Positions 37,954-52,846 of a stretch of 64,000 nt of DNA are shown here, one piece after another; position 1 is the stretch's first letter, and each line of letters opens with the position of its first letter. Origin of the DNA: Octopus sinensis. Its lineage: Eukaryota. The notes under the pieces are model-generated. The model was not told the DNA's origin, ran no database searches, and saw nothing but the letters and a program-made list of their open reading frames with translations. Position numbers and translations under genes: made by a program. The stretch lies in NCBI RefSeq assembly GCF_006345805.1, contig NC_043000.1, positions 93,496,001 to 93,560,000 of the forward strand, given 5' to 3'.

Positions 37954-40900
37954 CGACAAGTTTCTTTCAGTTTCCGTCTACGAAATCCACTCGCAAGGCT
38001 TTGGTCGACCCGAGGCTATAGTAGAAGACACTTACCCAACGTTCCACTCAGCGGGACTGAACCCTGAATCACGTGACTGGGAAGCAAGCCTCTTACCACA
38101 CAGCCACTCATACATATATTACTAATAAGTATATATATATGTACATACATACATATATATACACACACATATATATATATACGTATATATTTGCATATGA
38201 CATAGGTATGTATATATGTGTATATATGTGTGTATAGGTGGAGGCGCAATGGCCCAGTGGTTAGGACAGCGGACTCGCGGTCGTAGGATCGCGGTTTCGA
38301 TTCCCAGACCGGGCGTTGTGAGTGTTTATTGAGCGAAAACACCTAAAGTTCCACGAGGCTCCGGCAGAGGGTGGTGGAGATCCCTGCTGTACTCTTTCGC
38401 CACAACTTTCACTCTTTCTTCTGTTGACCTGCTCACTTAGGCTTAAAAAAAAACAATGCGAAGCGCATTGTGACCAGCGATATGTAACAACATCTGATGA
38501 TCTGGACGGTCACGTGGTCACGTGATATATATACGTATATATCTATGTACATGCATACACACACACACACACACACACAGATATGTATATATGCGTATAT
38601 ATTTGCATATGGACATAGGTATGTATATATGTGTGTATAGAACCCGAAACGATGTGGTTTGGAACCAAACTTCTTACCACGCAGCCACGCTTGAAGGGCC
38701 ACTGTAATAAGTGTGTGAATCTGAGAGGAGAATATGTTAAATAAAATCATAATTAACTGTTCCTCCTGTATTTTCTTTTACCCATAGCCAGGAATTTTTC
38801 AGCACCCCCTCATACATCTGTCTGTACCTAATTGCTTTGTTTTCCTTTTCCATGCCAAAATAATTAAAGTTATTTATCATTATTACGCTACTCTTACTAA
38901 TGAATTTAGAAGCTTTGTAAGTTTGCCTCACTCACTTACAATAACAAAATCAAAATAACCGACTTTATGAAAGGAACAAGCTTTTACATTTATCAGAGTC
39001 CAATTATTGTCGATCGAATTAAGGCCAATACGACACTGGTGTTTTTTTTTTTTATCGAGCTCAGTATAATTTGAACTCAGAAGAGAATTGCTAGCCTTGC
39101 ACCAAAGTTAGAGAGGAATTATTATTATTGTGAGCTGGGAGAATCGTCATCGAGTTCAAATGCCGCCGAGGTCGACTTTGCCTTTTATACTTTTTAGGGC
39201 GATAAAAGTAAGTATGAGTCGAAAACTCGCGTTGATGTAATCGACTAGGCCCCCTCCCCACAAATTTCAGGCTTTGTGCCTATAATAGAAAGGATTATCA
39301 TTGTTATTACTGAGGCAGAATCGTTAGCACGCTGGACGAAATGCTTAGAGGTATTTCGCCCGTCGCTACGTTCTGAGTTCAAATCCCGCCGTGGTCGACT
39401 TTGCCTTTCATCCTTGAGAGTGGATATGGTTGACGGAAACTGAAAGAAGCCCTTAATATATGTATATATTCTTCTACTTGTTTCATTCATTTGACCGCCA
39501 CCATGCTGGAGCACCGGCTTAAAGAGTTTTAGTCGAACAAATCGACCCCAGGACTTTTCTTTGAAAGCCTATAACTTATTTTATTGGTCTCTTTTGCAGA
39601 ACCGCTAAGTTACAGGGATGTAAACACACCAACATCGGTTGTCATGCGATGGCGGGAGTCAAACATACACGCATACATACACACATACAAACATATATAT
39701 ACATACATATACATGCATATATATAACATACATACATACATTTATATATATATATATATATTATATATATATATATATATACACACCACCATATATATAC
39801 CCATATATACATATACATACATATATGTTTATATATATATATATATTAGATAGATATATATGACAAGCTTCTTTCAGATTCCGTCTGCCATATCCCCTCA
39901 TAAGGCTTTGATCGGCCCGGGGCTATTATAGAAGACCCATGCCCAAGATTCCACGCAGTGGCACCGAACCCGGGACCATGTGGTTGGAAAGCAAGCCTGT
40001 TACCAAACAGCCACGCCCGCGCCTATACATATATGTGCGTGTGCATCTTTGTGTCCGTATTTGTCACCCATCACCGCCTGACAACCGTATCATAGCAGCT
40101 CGGCAAAAGAGAGCGATAGAATAAGTCCTGGGGTCGAATTGTTCGACCAAAAGACCCTTCAAAGCGGTGCCCCAGCATGGCCGCACTCAAACGACTGTAA
40201 CAAGAAAAAGATAAAGGATCAAATATTGTGACTAATCCCTAACTAAGTTACATAATCCTCACAACCAGACCGCCGTCGGTGCCTGGCTCCGGATTTATGG
40301 TTTCGCTCTTGGATAAAAACGTCTGTCTATATCAGGTACCATTACCATGTGATCTAGGGATATTTACTAAATCTTTTAAGAGCTTAAGAGACTTGGAGCT
40401 CGTAGAATTAACTCGATTGTGCCAAATACATCGTGAAATACATTGGGGGATCTATGAACTGGCTTCTAGCCCAATACCATAATCATTCGGCTAATTCGCT
40501 TTTACTCATATGATGAAATTATATGATACGTTAGTAAACCAGCCGTGGTACGTTAGGAAGACTTCTGTAACAGGTTCGAACCTAAGTCTCGTAATCATGC
40601 GCCCTGAATAAGAATGTTAGTTTTGTTTTATTTTTGTTTCTTTTAACATGGTTGGTTTTAGTCTTATTGCATTTTAATCGACAAAAATATTTCATCAAAT
40701 TCAATAAGGCGTTTGACGGTCCATGACTCTCTCATCGTAGTCGTCGTCATCATCATCGTCGTGGTCGTGGTCGTCGTCATCATCATCATCATTTTCTATT
40801 CTTGTTTTTTTTTCTCCCGCTCTTTATATCTTCTTACTCTATTCTTTTACTCTATTCTTCATCCTTCTTCTTCTTGTTTTTTTCCTATCCTCCTCCTCCT

Positions 40901-41428
40901 CCCTATATCGTTGACATACAAAGTTGGACCTGTAAATCACAGGTACAGTTCATCAGACAGGTTTCCGAACAGTTTCTATTTTTCCAGTTTTATCCCCAAG
41001 TCTTGACTTGAACGGAAGCAATTATGAATGACACTTGCCCAACATCTCACGCAGAGAGATCGAACCAGAAACCATGTATACAGAATGAATTTCTTAAATG
41101 ACTGGCCATGCAGTGTCCACATACACATACATACATACATACATACATACATTACATACATACATACGTAGGTACATACATACATATGCACACACACATA
41201 GACACGCGCGCGCACATATATACATATATACACGCGCGTGATACACCCTTATTTCTGTATGTATGCATGTATATGCAAACATGCATGTATATACATGTAT
41301 ATATGCATATATGTATGTATGCTTGTATCCATAAATTCATATATGTATACATTTATGTATTATGTGTACATGTATGTATGTATGTTCGTATGCACTAAAT
41401 ATGTATGCGTGCACGTATCTATATATGG

Positions 41429-41488
<60 letters not shown>

Positions 41489-42340
41489 GTGTGTGTGTGT
41501 GTATGGTGTGTATATGTATGTCTGTATGTATGTATGAATGTATGTATCTATGTATGCATGTATGGTGTATATGCATGTATGTATCTCTGTAAGCATATAA
41601 GTACATATAAGTATGCGAGTGTGTGCTGCGGGGAAAGTTAATTTAAGTCGGTTGTGTTAGGAACAATTCACAAAATATCGGAACGTGAAGATGCCAAAGT
41701 TTTTAAAAAGGTACGAGATGACGTGGATCTGAAGAAAGAATTTTGGGTTAAAAAATAATGAAATAAAAAAAAAGAAATAAGAAGTATAAAAGTATAAAAA
41801 AAAACAAAAACAAACAAACAAACACACTAGTATAAGCAAACAAAATTCACAGAATATAAAAACTCAGAAGTCAGAAATTCCACAAGCAATTTTTTTACTT
41901 ATTCTCTTTGGTCCTAGGAGCATTTCGGCACGCTTCTCACCATAACGAAATTCCAAAGATCTACACCACACACAACACACACACACACACACACACACAC
42001 ATGCCTATATGTATATGTCTGTTTATGTGTGTGTATATATATGTATATATGTATATATATATATATATAATCTTTATATGCATACACCCACTCACGTATT
42101 TAATATGTGTGTGTGTGTTTGTGTGTATAAGTATACATACATATATGTGAGTGTGTGTGTGTGCGTATCTATAATGCAGTCTTACAAACATATATAAGCA
42201 AATATACAATACATATACAAAAATATATATATATCTATAAGTTTGTTTTATAATTCTTTAGCTGTTAAGTCAGATCCCCTGTTAGCATTTAGCGGAGAAA
42301 TATTTTATTGAAGAACACTACAGGTGCAAGATCAGGACCA

Positions 42341-42381
<41 letters not shown>

Positions 42382-42449
42382 ATGTAAAATTGGGGAACTT
42401 GTCTTAGACACGTTCTCTTCCAGAGTGGGGCAGGCACCACAGTAAGTGT

Positions 42450-42470
42450 TTATTTTATTAGTTGTTGCTG

Positions 42471-42504
<34 letters not shown>

Positions 42505-42567
42505 TACTATTATTATTATTATTATTATTACTATTGTTATTATCATTATTATTATTATTATTATTAC

Positions 42568-42611
<44 letters not shown>

Positions 42612-42650
42612 TATTATTGTTATTATCATTATTGTTGTTGTTATTGCTAT
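42450..42650. repeat. (TTA)n microsatellite
   Basis: Direct reading; similar tracts at 52715-53025 and 53535-53700. Confidence 0.95.
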
Positions 42651-42819
42651 CCCTCCCACATGACACGTTACGGCTCACGAGCATAACATTTAAGGACAAG
42701 TCATAATATAACCTATGAATACTTGTCAATGTGCGTGTGCGAATATGTGTACGTGTCAGTGTGAGTAAGTGTGTGTGTGTGTGTGGTGGGGGAGGAAGAT
42801 GAGGAGAGAGGGTAGAGAT

Positions 42820-43152
42820 TGGGGCCACGTGACTCGGAAGTTTGCCTGTCGGACTAATAATGATCATAACGACGAGGTTTCGATTCGTAGATCGGGCGTC
42901 ACGTCGAGTCCTTGCATAGCACATTTCATTCAATGCCCTTCTCGTCCTTTCACCCGAAAAATAGTTCCGTTTGTCTACTGCAGAGTAGCATCACAGGGGC
43001 TTTTAACCCCCTGATTCTTGTAAATGACAGATATCAATAGTTCCTACGATGGCTACGTCACTGGGATGATGGTGATGATGATGATGATGAGGAGGAGGAG
43101 GAGGCAGGAGGGAGGACGACAACGACGACGCGTTAACGAATCTCAGGTAAGG
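42820..43152 (+). promoter_or_regulatory. Possible promoter and 5' exon ending at a strong splice donor
   Basis: CpG-richer non-repeat stretch; CACGTG (42826) next to CGGAAGT (42835); CAG|GTAAGG donor at 43146/43147. Confidence 0.2.
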
Positions 43153-43219
43153 GCCATATTGAAATATTGCCCTCACAATTGCGACGGTGCTGCCACTTGC
43201 ATATACGGATATCTTAAAT

Positions 43220-43427
43220 CAGTGGGCCTCAACCATATTTACCTACGGACCCTTTTTGATTCCTCTTTAACTCGAGGGAACACTCACAGTCATTCGATGT
43301 TTATAAGTAATTGTATTTTAAAAAATGACTAAGATAGGTGGTGCATTGAAGAAGTATAAGCTATTTATCGTACATAAATGTTAACAATTATGTGAACCCC
43401 ACCCCATGGCTCATATGAGAACCATTG
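43220..43427. mobile_element. hAT-like MITE
   Basis: Ends CAGTGG..TCAACC / GAGAACCATTG; 8-bp flanks TCTTAAAT/TCCTAAAC. Confidence 0.6.
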
Positions 43428-44393
43428 TCCTAAACCATATCCAGAAAAGGGCCTCCCGATTGATCGGCTTAAAGTTATAGATACGCTCCTGCGTCAAGGC
43501 CACGGGGGTAACGTCATTATCATCATCACCTTTCTCTCTCTCTCTCTCTTTCTCTCTGTCCATTCTGCTGCTACTATAATAGTAAGCTTTGAGTCGGCTG
43601 TGGCTAATTCTACTTCCGAGTTTGCGATCTCGATCCACTCGATAGCCATATCCCCCCCAAGACATCGGTGCCAAGGTATCTTCACGTTCCTCATTTTCTT
43701 CCTATGAATCTTCACTCATTATGGTTCAAGTGGAGCATCAAGAGTATCCATCTCATCGGCTTAGAAGTGCCTGTGATTTCAGATTTAGCTGCTATTTTTA
43801 GCACATGAACCTAACCTAACCACATGCATGATCACCTTGTTGACTCATACAATTTATTAAGTAAATCATGAAACATACCCTTAAAGTGGCGTAGCACAAA
43901 TAATCAGGAAAACCAGTTCAATTCATACCAAGCCAGTAACTGAAAAACAGCAACCGTCCGATTGCATCTAATCCCAAATACACATCCATACAATTATAGC
44001 TTTATACATGCATATAATATTGATTTTCTTACATCGGCACAAGGCCAGAACCTTATAAGAAACGGATATAATCGATTGAAGGATTTACTTTTGTTTACCA
44101 TTTTATGAATGTGCTTTTGCTTTGTTATGGTGTCTTTGGTTGTAGGTTTTCCATATGCCAGACATACACTGTATTTCCGATTCGATGCCGCGATTAACAA
44201 AGCAGGCAGAACTGTCTGAGGAAAATCGGGTGTAGTAAATATCAACAGGTTATTTTGTGTTCTATTCACCGATTTATCCGGAATTTCTTGCTGGTGTATG
44301 TCTGTCACCGACGTACGTGCGACGCACCCCTTACTATACTATACTTTCTCGCTCCTCTCTCTCTTTCTCTCTCTTCATATATATATATATATG

Positions 44394-44436
<43 letters not shown>

Positions 44437-44608
44437 ATATATATATATATATGTGTAAATTGAAAGTGACAGTTTGTTTGGTGACTCTTATCTCCAGACT
44501 CAAGGTAAAAAGAAATCCATATCCTTTAAAGCATGTATTGAGCACTCCTCTCTCATTTGTCCGACATAAACGAACGTACATATGTGTGTGTGCGCGTATC
44601 TCTATCTG

Positions 44609-44671
<63 letters not shown>

Positions 44672-44683
44672 GTCTGTCTGTCT

Positions 44684-44716
<33 letters not shown>

Positions 44717-44768
44717 ATGTATGTATGTATGAATGTGTGTGTGTATGTATCCATGCATTCATGCATGC

Positions 44769-44813
<45 letters not shown>

Positions 44814-46661
44814 TAGAACTTTTGTTACCTTTTCTGTGTAAGAGACACTTTCGTCAATTTTAATGGTGGTGAAACACATATGACTTGACTGAAACAATGT
44901 TCATCTCGAGAGGTACCAGAATTGTAACAAACATTTTATGTAAAAGGGTTGTTTATTCGTATTCCTGGTGCTGAGTTACTCTTTCTTCCAGCTCGTTAGC
45001 AACCTTAACACACACACACGCGCGCGCACACACACGCGCGCGCACACACACGCGATGGTGGTGAAGCGAATTTCGCAAATACATAGACGTAGCAGACCTT
45101 TGCAATCAGTGGAGATCAACTCGTCATACCGTAGACTGGTTTTATCTAAAGTGTTTCTGGTTCAAATCAATAAACAAGACAATAGGATGTGCTTGAAAAT
45201 GACCTAGCTACTAATCGTAGCATATCCAGTAACCACTTGAGTTCTCACGTTGGTTAACTGAGTTCTTAAAAGCCATTGTTGATTCCAAGAGAATTTGAAG
45301 TCTGTAAACAATGTAGTAAAATTTTTATAAATGCTAAATCATTCAAAGGATTTGCAAGGATTTGAGCCGTCTTTTTGAAGTTTATCGTACCCAGTCCATG
45401 AACTTTCATTGCATTTTTTTAATATTAATTGTACCTCAAGATCAGAAGCTAAAACGAAAAAGAGAAGACGCTCTATTTTCCTCAACGAAGGTAACAGTTT
45501 CAATTTAGGCATGAATATTATAGAATGAGAGCTGTTTGATCTAACAGCTATTTCTTCTACAAGATTGCCCTTGACAATACTGACATAAAATCACTATTAT
45601 TGGAAGTAGAACATTCGGTTATATAAATCGCAGAATTTAGATGGTTCGCATTTTAACGACCTCGAAAAGCTTGAAGACGACATTAACTCTCGTAGGATTT
45701 GATCTCAGAATATAAATATCACAACATTGAAATTTGTCCTACTAATTCTAAACTCCCTTTCAAAAAGATATTAAATATTGGTACAGGGCCAGAAATCTGG
45801 AAAGAGAGTAGAGTCAATTAAATAACGCCAAAACTTAGTTGGCCTTTGTTTCATTGAACCTGGAAGGATGAAAGACGAAGTTGATCTGTAAACCTCGAAT
45901 CGCTCATGCTCAATATGTAAGGTCAGTGCGATGGATGTTGTTGAGTAAGATCGTGTTGATGCACCTGAAGAAAGGATTAAAGGCAGGCACCTTTGTCTTC
46001 GGTTAACTCCTCATCGACCCTTTCAAGTTCCACTTTGAAAGGAAAGTGGGTGTATGAATAAATAAGCGTGTTTGCTACCAGCGAATTTGTCCAAGGTGAA
46101 CATGAAATGATTAGAACTACACACAGCGTGCACTTTTTCATTGGAGAACAACAGCTAGGCGAGGAATCGTGCCGTTAATGGTCAGGATGACTTTGAATTT
46201 GTGGTCTTCCTCAATTGGCCCTAGCTAGAGTTTCTCCTATATCAGTAGGACTGTATCATTCATGTGATCACCTATTTTGTATATTTTGTATAGTTTTCAT
46301 TTCCTTTCAGTTTCATCCCTTGTTTTTCCTCGCCTGATTTTATATACATACCGCACTTCAGAATTGTGCCCACCCTTTGTAATATTCCTCTCAGTGACCT
46401 CCTTGTCATAAATAAGAGAAATTACTATTATTATTATTATTATTATTATTAACGAACAGGCAGAATTGTTAGCACATCTGCCAAAATGCTTAGCAGTATT
46501 TCGTCCGTCCTTACGTTCTGAGTTCAAGTTCCGCCTAGCTCCATTTTACCTTTCATCCTCTCGAGGTCGATAAAGTGAGTACTGGGGTCGATATAATCGA
46601 CCATTTCCCTCCCCTTATTATTTCAGGCCTCGTGCTTCTTGTAGAAAGGATTATTATATTA

Positions 46662-46698
<37 letters not shown>

Positions 46699-47135
46699 AA
46701 ACTGGCAGAGTCGTTAGCACGGCGGGCAGAATACTTAGCGGCATTTCATCTCTCTTTACGTTCTGAGTTCAAATTCCCCGGGGTCAACTTTACCTGTCAT
46801 CCACTTGGGTGGGTTGATAAAATAAGTACCAGTTCAACACTGGGTCGATGTCATTGACTAACCCCTCCCTTCCCAAAAATTGCTGGCCTGGTGCCAAAAT
46901 TTGAAACCATTATATTATTATTATTATTATTATATTATTATATTATTATTATTATTGGTACTATGCCTGTTACAATTAGCTTTCAGCAAAACGAATTACA
47001 TGCATGTGTAAAAAGTGTGAAGAGCTGAGGAGTAAAATAAATATTGATATAAAGCTGAATGAAAACAGCAGTTTCGCAGTTACTAATTTATTTATATATC
47101 CAGTTACCAATCACACATACACACGCACACACACG

Positions 47136-47184
<49 letters not shown>

Positions 47185-47248
47185 CCTACAAGACTGCACT
47201 CCTTTCTTTCTAAGTCCCCATTCATATATATATAAATATATATATATG

Positions 47249-47281
<33 letters not shown>

Positions 47282-49130
47282 AGAAGCATTGGTGTACTAG
47301 TGTACTTGATCTATATAGCAAAACGCTTACGTAGTTAACCTAGAAAGAAATGTAAAGGGTAACTCTGCACATTCGCTCGATCTGTTAAAAGAAAAAATTG
47401 AAGCAGCTAACTCTCTCGGATCACATCGAACTTTCTGAAATGAGGTTACGGCTAGATTATCTTATGTCTATAAAATGGCTCAATTATAGTTGAGCAACGA
47501 CGACAAGAACAACAACAACAACAAACCGATTAAGATCCTTATAAAAAATGAGCGACTTCTTTAAGGTTATTATTTCTGTTTCTAACGCGGCGAGCTGGGA
47601 GAATAATTAGCACGCAGGGCAACTGCTTAGCGACATTTTGTCCAGAGTTCAAATTCTGCCAAGGACAGCTTCACGTTTTATTCTTTCGGTGCCGATAAAG
47701 TAGGTACCATATGAGGACTGGAGTCGATGTAATCGACAGGCCGCATTTCCTGAAATTGCTGGCGTTGTGCCAAAATTTGAAATCATTTGTACTGTTTCTA
47801 CGATTGATAAAAAAAAATAAATGCGCTCTTTTAAAGCCTAGCAGGCTCACGGGCCCGGTTTCCCGGTTTCTATGGCGTATCTGTTCCCCAGCTGGACGGG
47901 ACGCCAGTCTATCGCAGCGTTACTCATTTTTGCCAGCTGAATGGACTGGAGCAACGTGAAATGAAGTGTTTTGCTCAAGAACACAACGCGTCGCCCGGTC
48001 CAGGAATCGAAACCACAATCTTACGATCATGATGCTGACACTCTGACCACTAAGCCACACGCCTCCACTTCTACGATTGATAGAGGCTGATAAATCGTAT
48101 CGATTACATGCTTCTCTCAAAGCGTGTGATTTGGGTTTATACATCTATCCTCGTTTATCACTGATTCATTGATCATTGATCCAAGATAACACGATACGCT
48201 CGTTGTGAACTGTGTTACGCTTATCACCAATTAATGGCATAACACTGATCGGCGATCAATCGAACATTTTGCTTGACCGGCAAAAGCGCTCCCCGCTCCT
48301 ACCAGTCACCATCTACAACGCCCAGAACAACTTGGTGTCTTACAACAAAGCTTAATATTCCTATATGATTTTTTATTCGTTTATCGCTTATTCCTATAAC
48401 AGGGCATGCCTTTTTGCGACCAAACACCCGTGATAAATGAGGATCAATGTATTGGAAGCCATTATTAATATTAGCAGTATTAATAAAAATTCTTTTATTA
48501 ATAATGAAATTAGAGTTTTTGTTATTCATCATAATTTTGCCACGAAAGCAATATCAAGAAATATGACATACATGCAATAATAATATTTTAACTTCTATCA
48601 AAGTTCTTATTGTTGGTACAAGATAATAGAATTAATGCTGATTTTCCCACCGTATGTGTGTGTGTGGTGTGTGTGTGTAACGTTCCTTCACTCATTGGCT
48701 GCCACCAAGCCTAGTGTATACACTTATCCAGCGTCTCTTATGTTAACTACCTATGTATCTTTCTTTTATTCCCTCTTCCCCTCCTCCCGCCTTCTCTCAC
48801 TCTATATACGACGAAAATCCATTCACAAAGCTTTAGTCGGCCCAAGGTGCCATGCGGCGGGACTGATCTCAGTACCATGTGATTGGGAAGCAAACTTCTT
48901 ACAATACAGCCACGTCTAGTTGACTATAGGCGCAGGCGTGGCTGTGTGGTAAGAAGCTTGCTTCTCAACCTCACGGTTCTGGGTTCAGTCCTACTGCGTG
49001 GAACCTTAGACAAGTGTCCTCTACTATAGCCTCGGGCTGACTAAACTCTTGTGAGTGGACTTGGTTGACCGAAACTGAGAGAAGCTCGTCATATATATAT
49101 ATATATATTCACATATATACATATATATAC

Positions 49131-49332
49131 ATGTGACCTCGTGTGTACCGTTGGCGATTTTTTTCCTCTGTCTTCCCTTCTCTGGATCTTTCCTTCTATG
49201 TTTCCGACGAAGAGCTCCGCTCGAAACGTTAAACCTTCCTTCTTTCCTTCTTTCCTAAGCGCCCAATAATACTATATTTGTTCCACGTCCTCGCGTTGTT
49301 GTGTTTTTTTGTGCTTTCTTGTTTGGATTAAC
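49131..49332 (+). mobile_element. ~200-bp mini-element, family A copy 3 (hammerhead 49200-49234 with U4C change)
   Basis: GTTT-CCGACGA-AGAGCTCCGCTC-GAAACGTT-AAAC; lies in the internal (TA)n of a SINE 1. Confidence 0.85.
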
Positions 49333-50784
49333 TTTATATACATATATAAATATCTACGTATATATGTATATATATATATTTATATATATGTGTATATATA
49401 TATATTTATATATATATACATATATATGGGCATATATGCATATATATATATATATACATATATACATGTATATACATATATATATATATATATGTTATAT
49501 ACATACAGATACATATATAAATATATATGTACATATATATATACATATATCTATATACACATATATACATATACATATATACAAATATATATGCATATAT
49601 ATATATATACATATATACAAATATATATACACGTATATATACATATATTTATATATACACATGTGTGTGTGTGTTGGTTTAAACGTATCTGTAAAGGTAA
49701 AGGTTTAAATGCGTCCTTGTAAAAGGGATGCTTGCATATCGTGCAGGTGTATATATGTGTCTGCAAAAACATGTGTGGCCTACAAATACGCCCTTGTGTC
49801 AGTGTAAAAATGTATGAGCGCTTGCGTAAAAACCTTGTTTGTATCAACTTAGAAAAATTAAAGTGTCCACATTCGAGTACAGGCTTTTTTTTTTTTTTCG
49901 CTGGTATAAACATATGTTTGTGCGTATGAAAACGTGTGTGCGTGTAAGAGTTTTGCATGTGCCTGTGGAAAGATGCGTATGTGTAAACGTATGTTTTTGT
50001 CTTAAAAAACGTGTGTTTGTGTGAACGCATGTGTCCCCCCCCTAAAAACGCATTATGCATGAAGACGTATGTTCGTCTGTAAAAAACGTCTGTGGATTGT
50101 AAACGTATCCGTTCATTCTCTCGTTCTTTTACTTGTTTCACTCATTTGACTGCGGCCTTGCTGGAGCACCGCTTTAAAAGGTTTTTAAGTCGAAGAAATC
50201 GACCCCCCAAGACCCATTCTTTGTAAGCCTAGTACTTATTGTATTGATCTCTTTTGCCGAACCGCTAATGTTACAGGGACGTAAACACACTAACATCGGT
50301 TGTCAAGTGATAGCAAGGGACAAAAAGACACAAGGATACACAGACATAAATGTACACATACATATATATATATTGAAACTGTTAAAGATGTTTTTCTAAT
50401 TCATAATTCTAAATTTTTACCATAGATATACAAAAAATATTGTTGAAACTAGATTAGTATATATGTAAATAAATTTATTTTAAGCAGTTACAAGCTTTTC
50501 AAATTTAGGTGCATTTTCAACAAGTTTGCCTATATTTTTTCCTGTGTGGGAATATACACTTTGTATTGTTATATATCTATATATATATATATATATATAT
50601 TCCGTCTACCAAATCCACTCACAAGGCTTTGGTCGGCCCGAGGCTATAGTAGAAGACACTTGCCCAATGTGCCACGCAGTGGGACTGAACCCGAATCATG
50701 GGTTGGTAAACAAGGTACTTACCACACAGCCACTCCTGCATAAACACACACACACACACACACAACATATATTATATTATATAG

Positions 50785-50818
<34 letters not shown>

Positions 50819-50861
50819 GTGTGTGTGTTTGTGTTGTGTGTGTGTGTGTGTGGTGTGTGTG

Positions 50862-51022
50862 TAAACAAAATGGGACAAGAACGCAAAACACCTGGACAGC
50901 TAGGTGATACAAAAATGGGACAACAAACCCTCCAGAAAGACGATACAAAGAAAACAAGGAAAGTTCATTCGAAATTTTCTTCCTTCAGTCAAGCACCAGA
51001 TTATCCTCGCAATTTCGGCTAC
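50862..51022 (-). mobile_element. Family B short repeat copy
   Basis: ATGGGACAAGAACGCAAAAC..GACGATACAAAGAAAACAAGG..CAGATTATC..CAATTTCGGCT shared with the 62668 copy. Confidence 0.65.
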
Positions 51023-51740
51023 GACGAGCTTCTTTCAGTTTCCCCTCTACCAAATCCACTCACAAGGCTTTGGTCGGCCCGTGGCTATAGTAGAAGATAC
51101 TGGCCCAAGTTGCCATGCTATGGGACTGAACCCAGAACCATGTATTTGAGAAGCAATCTTCTTACCACACATCTACGTCTGCGCCTATATATTTAATGTC
51201 TGTAAAAATGTGAGTGCGTGTAAACGTATGTTTGTCTGTATAAAAACGTGTGTGGCCCGTAAACACATATTTATATCTGGGTGAAAAACGAGTGTTTGTA
51301 AAAACGTGCGTGCGTATGTTAAAGCATATTCATATAAGTGTTAAAATATCACTCGCGCATTGGAGTAAAAACTTGTTCGCATTTGATGTAAAGGCATTTT
51401 CACGTGCATCAATAAATGCGCACTTGTGTGACTACGTGCGTCTATACGTGAAAGCATGTTTTTGTCGGGAAAACTTTAATGCGTCTTAATATTTTATTTT
51501 GCGTCTATTTTCTACGGCTTAGTCAAGCAAGAAGAAAGAAGGACATAATCCTTTCCAGGGCTTCTGTAACAGATGGGAAGAGGTCAGGACTTTGCTTTCA
51601 ATCTTGGAGATCTGCTTATTTCAGAATGGACTCAGCTAAAGGCTCAATGGCTTGAGCACGCGCTGTCCAAGACTTCTATTGAGCTTGCTGCCTCCTCTTC
51701 GGGCACCCAAACCTATACAAGTTTATGCAGCAAGTAAAAA

Positions 51741-51975
51741 CGACGAGCTGGAAGACACGTTAGCACGCCGGACGAAATGTGTAGCCGTATTTCGTCTGCC
51801 GCTACGTTCTGAGTTCAAATTCTGCCGAGGTCGACTTTGCCTTTCATCCTTTCGGGGTCGATAAATTAAGTACCAGTTACGCACTGGGGTCGATGTAATC
51901 GACTTAATCCCTTTGTCTGGCCTTGTTTGTCTCCACTGTGTTTTAGCCCCTTGTGGGCAATAAAGAAATAAGAAA
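51741..51975 (+). mobile_element. SINE family 2, near full-length monomer
   Basis: GAGCTGG..GTTAGCACGCCGGACGAAATG..GAGTTCAAATTC..GGTCGATGTAATCGAC..AATAAAGAAATA. Confidence 0.9.
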
Positions 51976-52597
51976 TAAGAAATATGTTTATACAGCAAGA
52001 TTGAGAAGCACCGTCCTTATAAAAGAATCATCTGGGGTGGAACTCCCTGCTCGAACTAGCTACGCTAATGCGAAGGTTCCCCCGCCGATACGCCAGTTGG
52101 TGGTGTTGAACAGGGTGACAAGCTATGTCTATCGTCATAGATTGAATGTCAAAATTTCTGAATAGTTATCACTACGAGATGGGGATAGGAAAAGGTCACC
52201 GTATAGAGGGGAGGGGTATCATGTGAAAAAAAAAAAATAATAAGATAAAAAAGAGAAAAAAAAAGAATAAGAAAAATTGAAATGTTTTTAACTATAGACA
52301 TTTCTTTCAGAGTCGGAATGAAGGACTGAATCATACAATTCTTTGCCTATTTCTTTAGGAGGTAGCGACAGTTATTCCAACTCGCCTCCAATTTATATCT
52401 ATAACTTAAAACTAAAGAGGTTTATTCAACCAAAAATGCGTGTGTCCTTGGGTAAAAAAGCTTGTTTGCGTGTGATATGTCATAGTGAATTTTACACGCA
52501 CACATGAATGTATGTTTGTGTGTGAGAATGTGCTATCATGATGGTGCGAAACTCGTGTTGTTGTTGTTGTTGTAGCTGTAGTTGTTAACGATGGTGG

Positions 52598-52636
<39 letters not shown>

Positions 52637-52763
52637 CGTGTGTGCGCGTGTGTGTAAAAGAAACGGTATTTCTGTGAAAATATGTGTGCTATGCTTGTGT
52701 GAAAGTATGTCCGCTCGTCTTATTATTATTATCATTATTATTATCATTATCATTATTATTATT

Positions 52764-52846
<83 letters not shown>

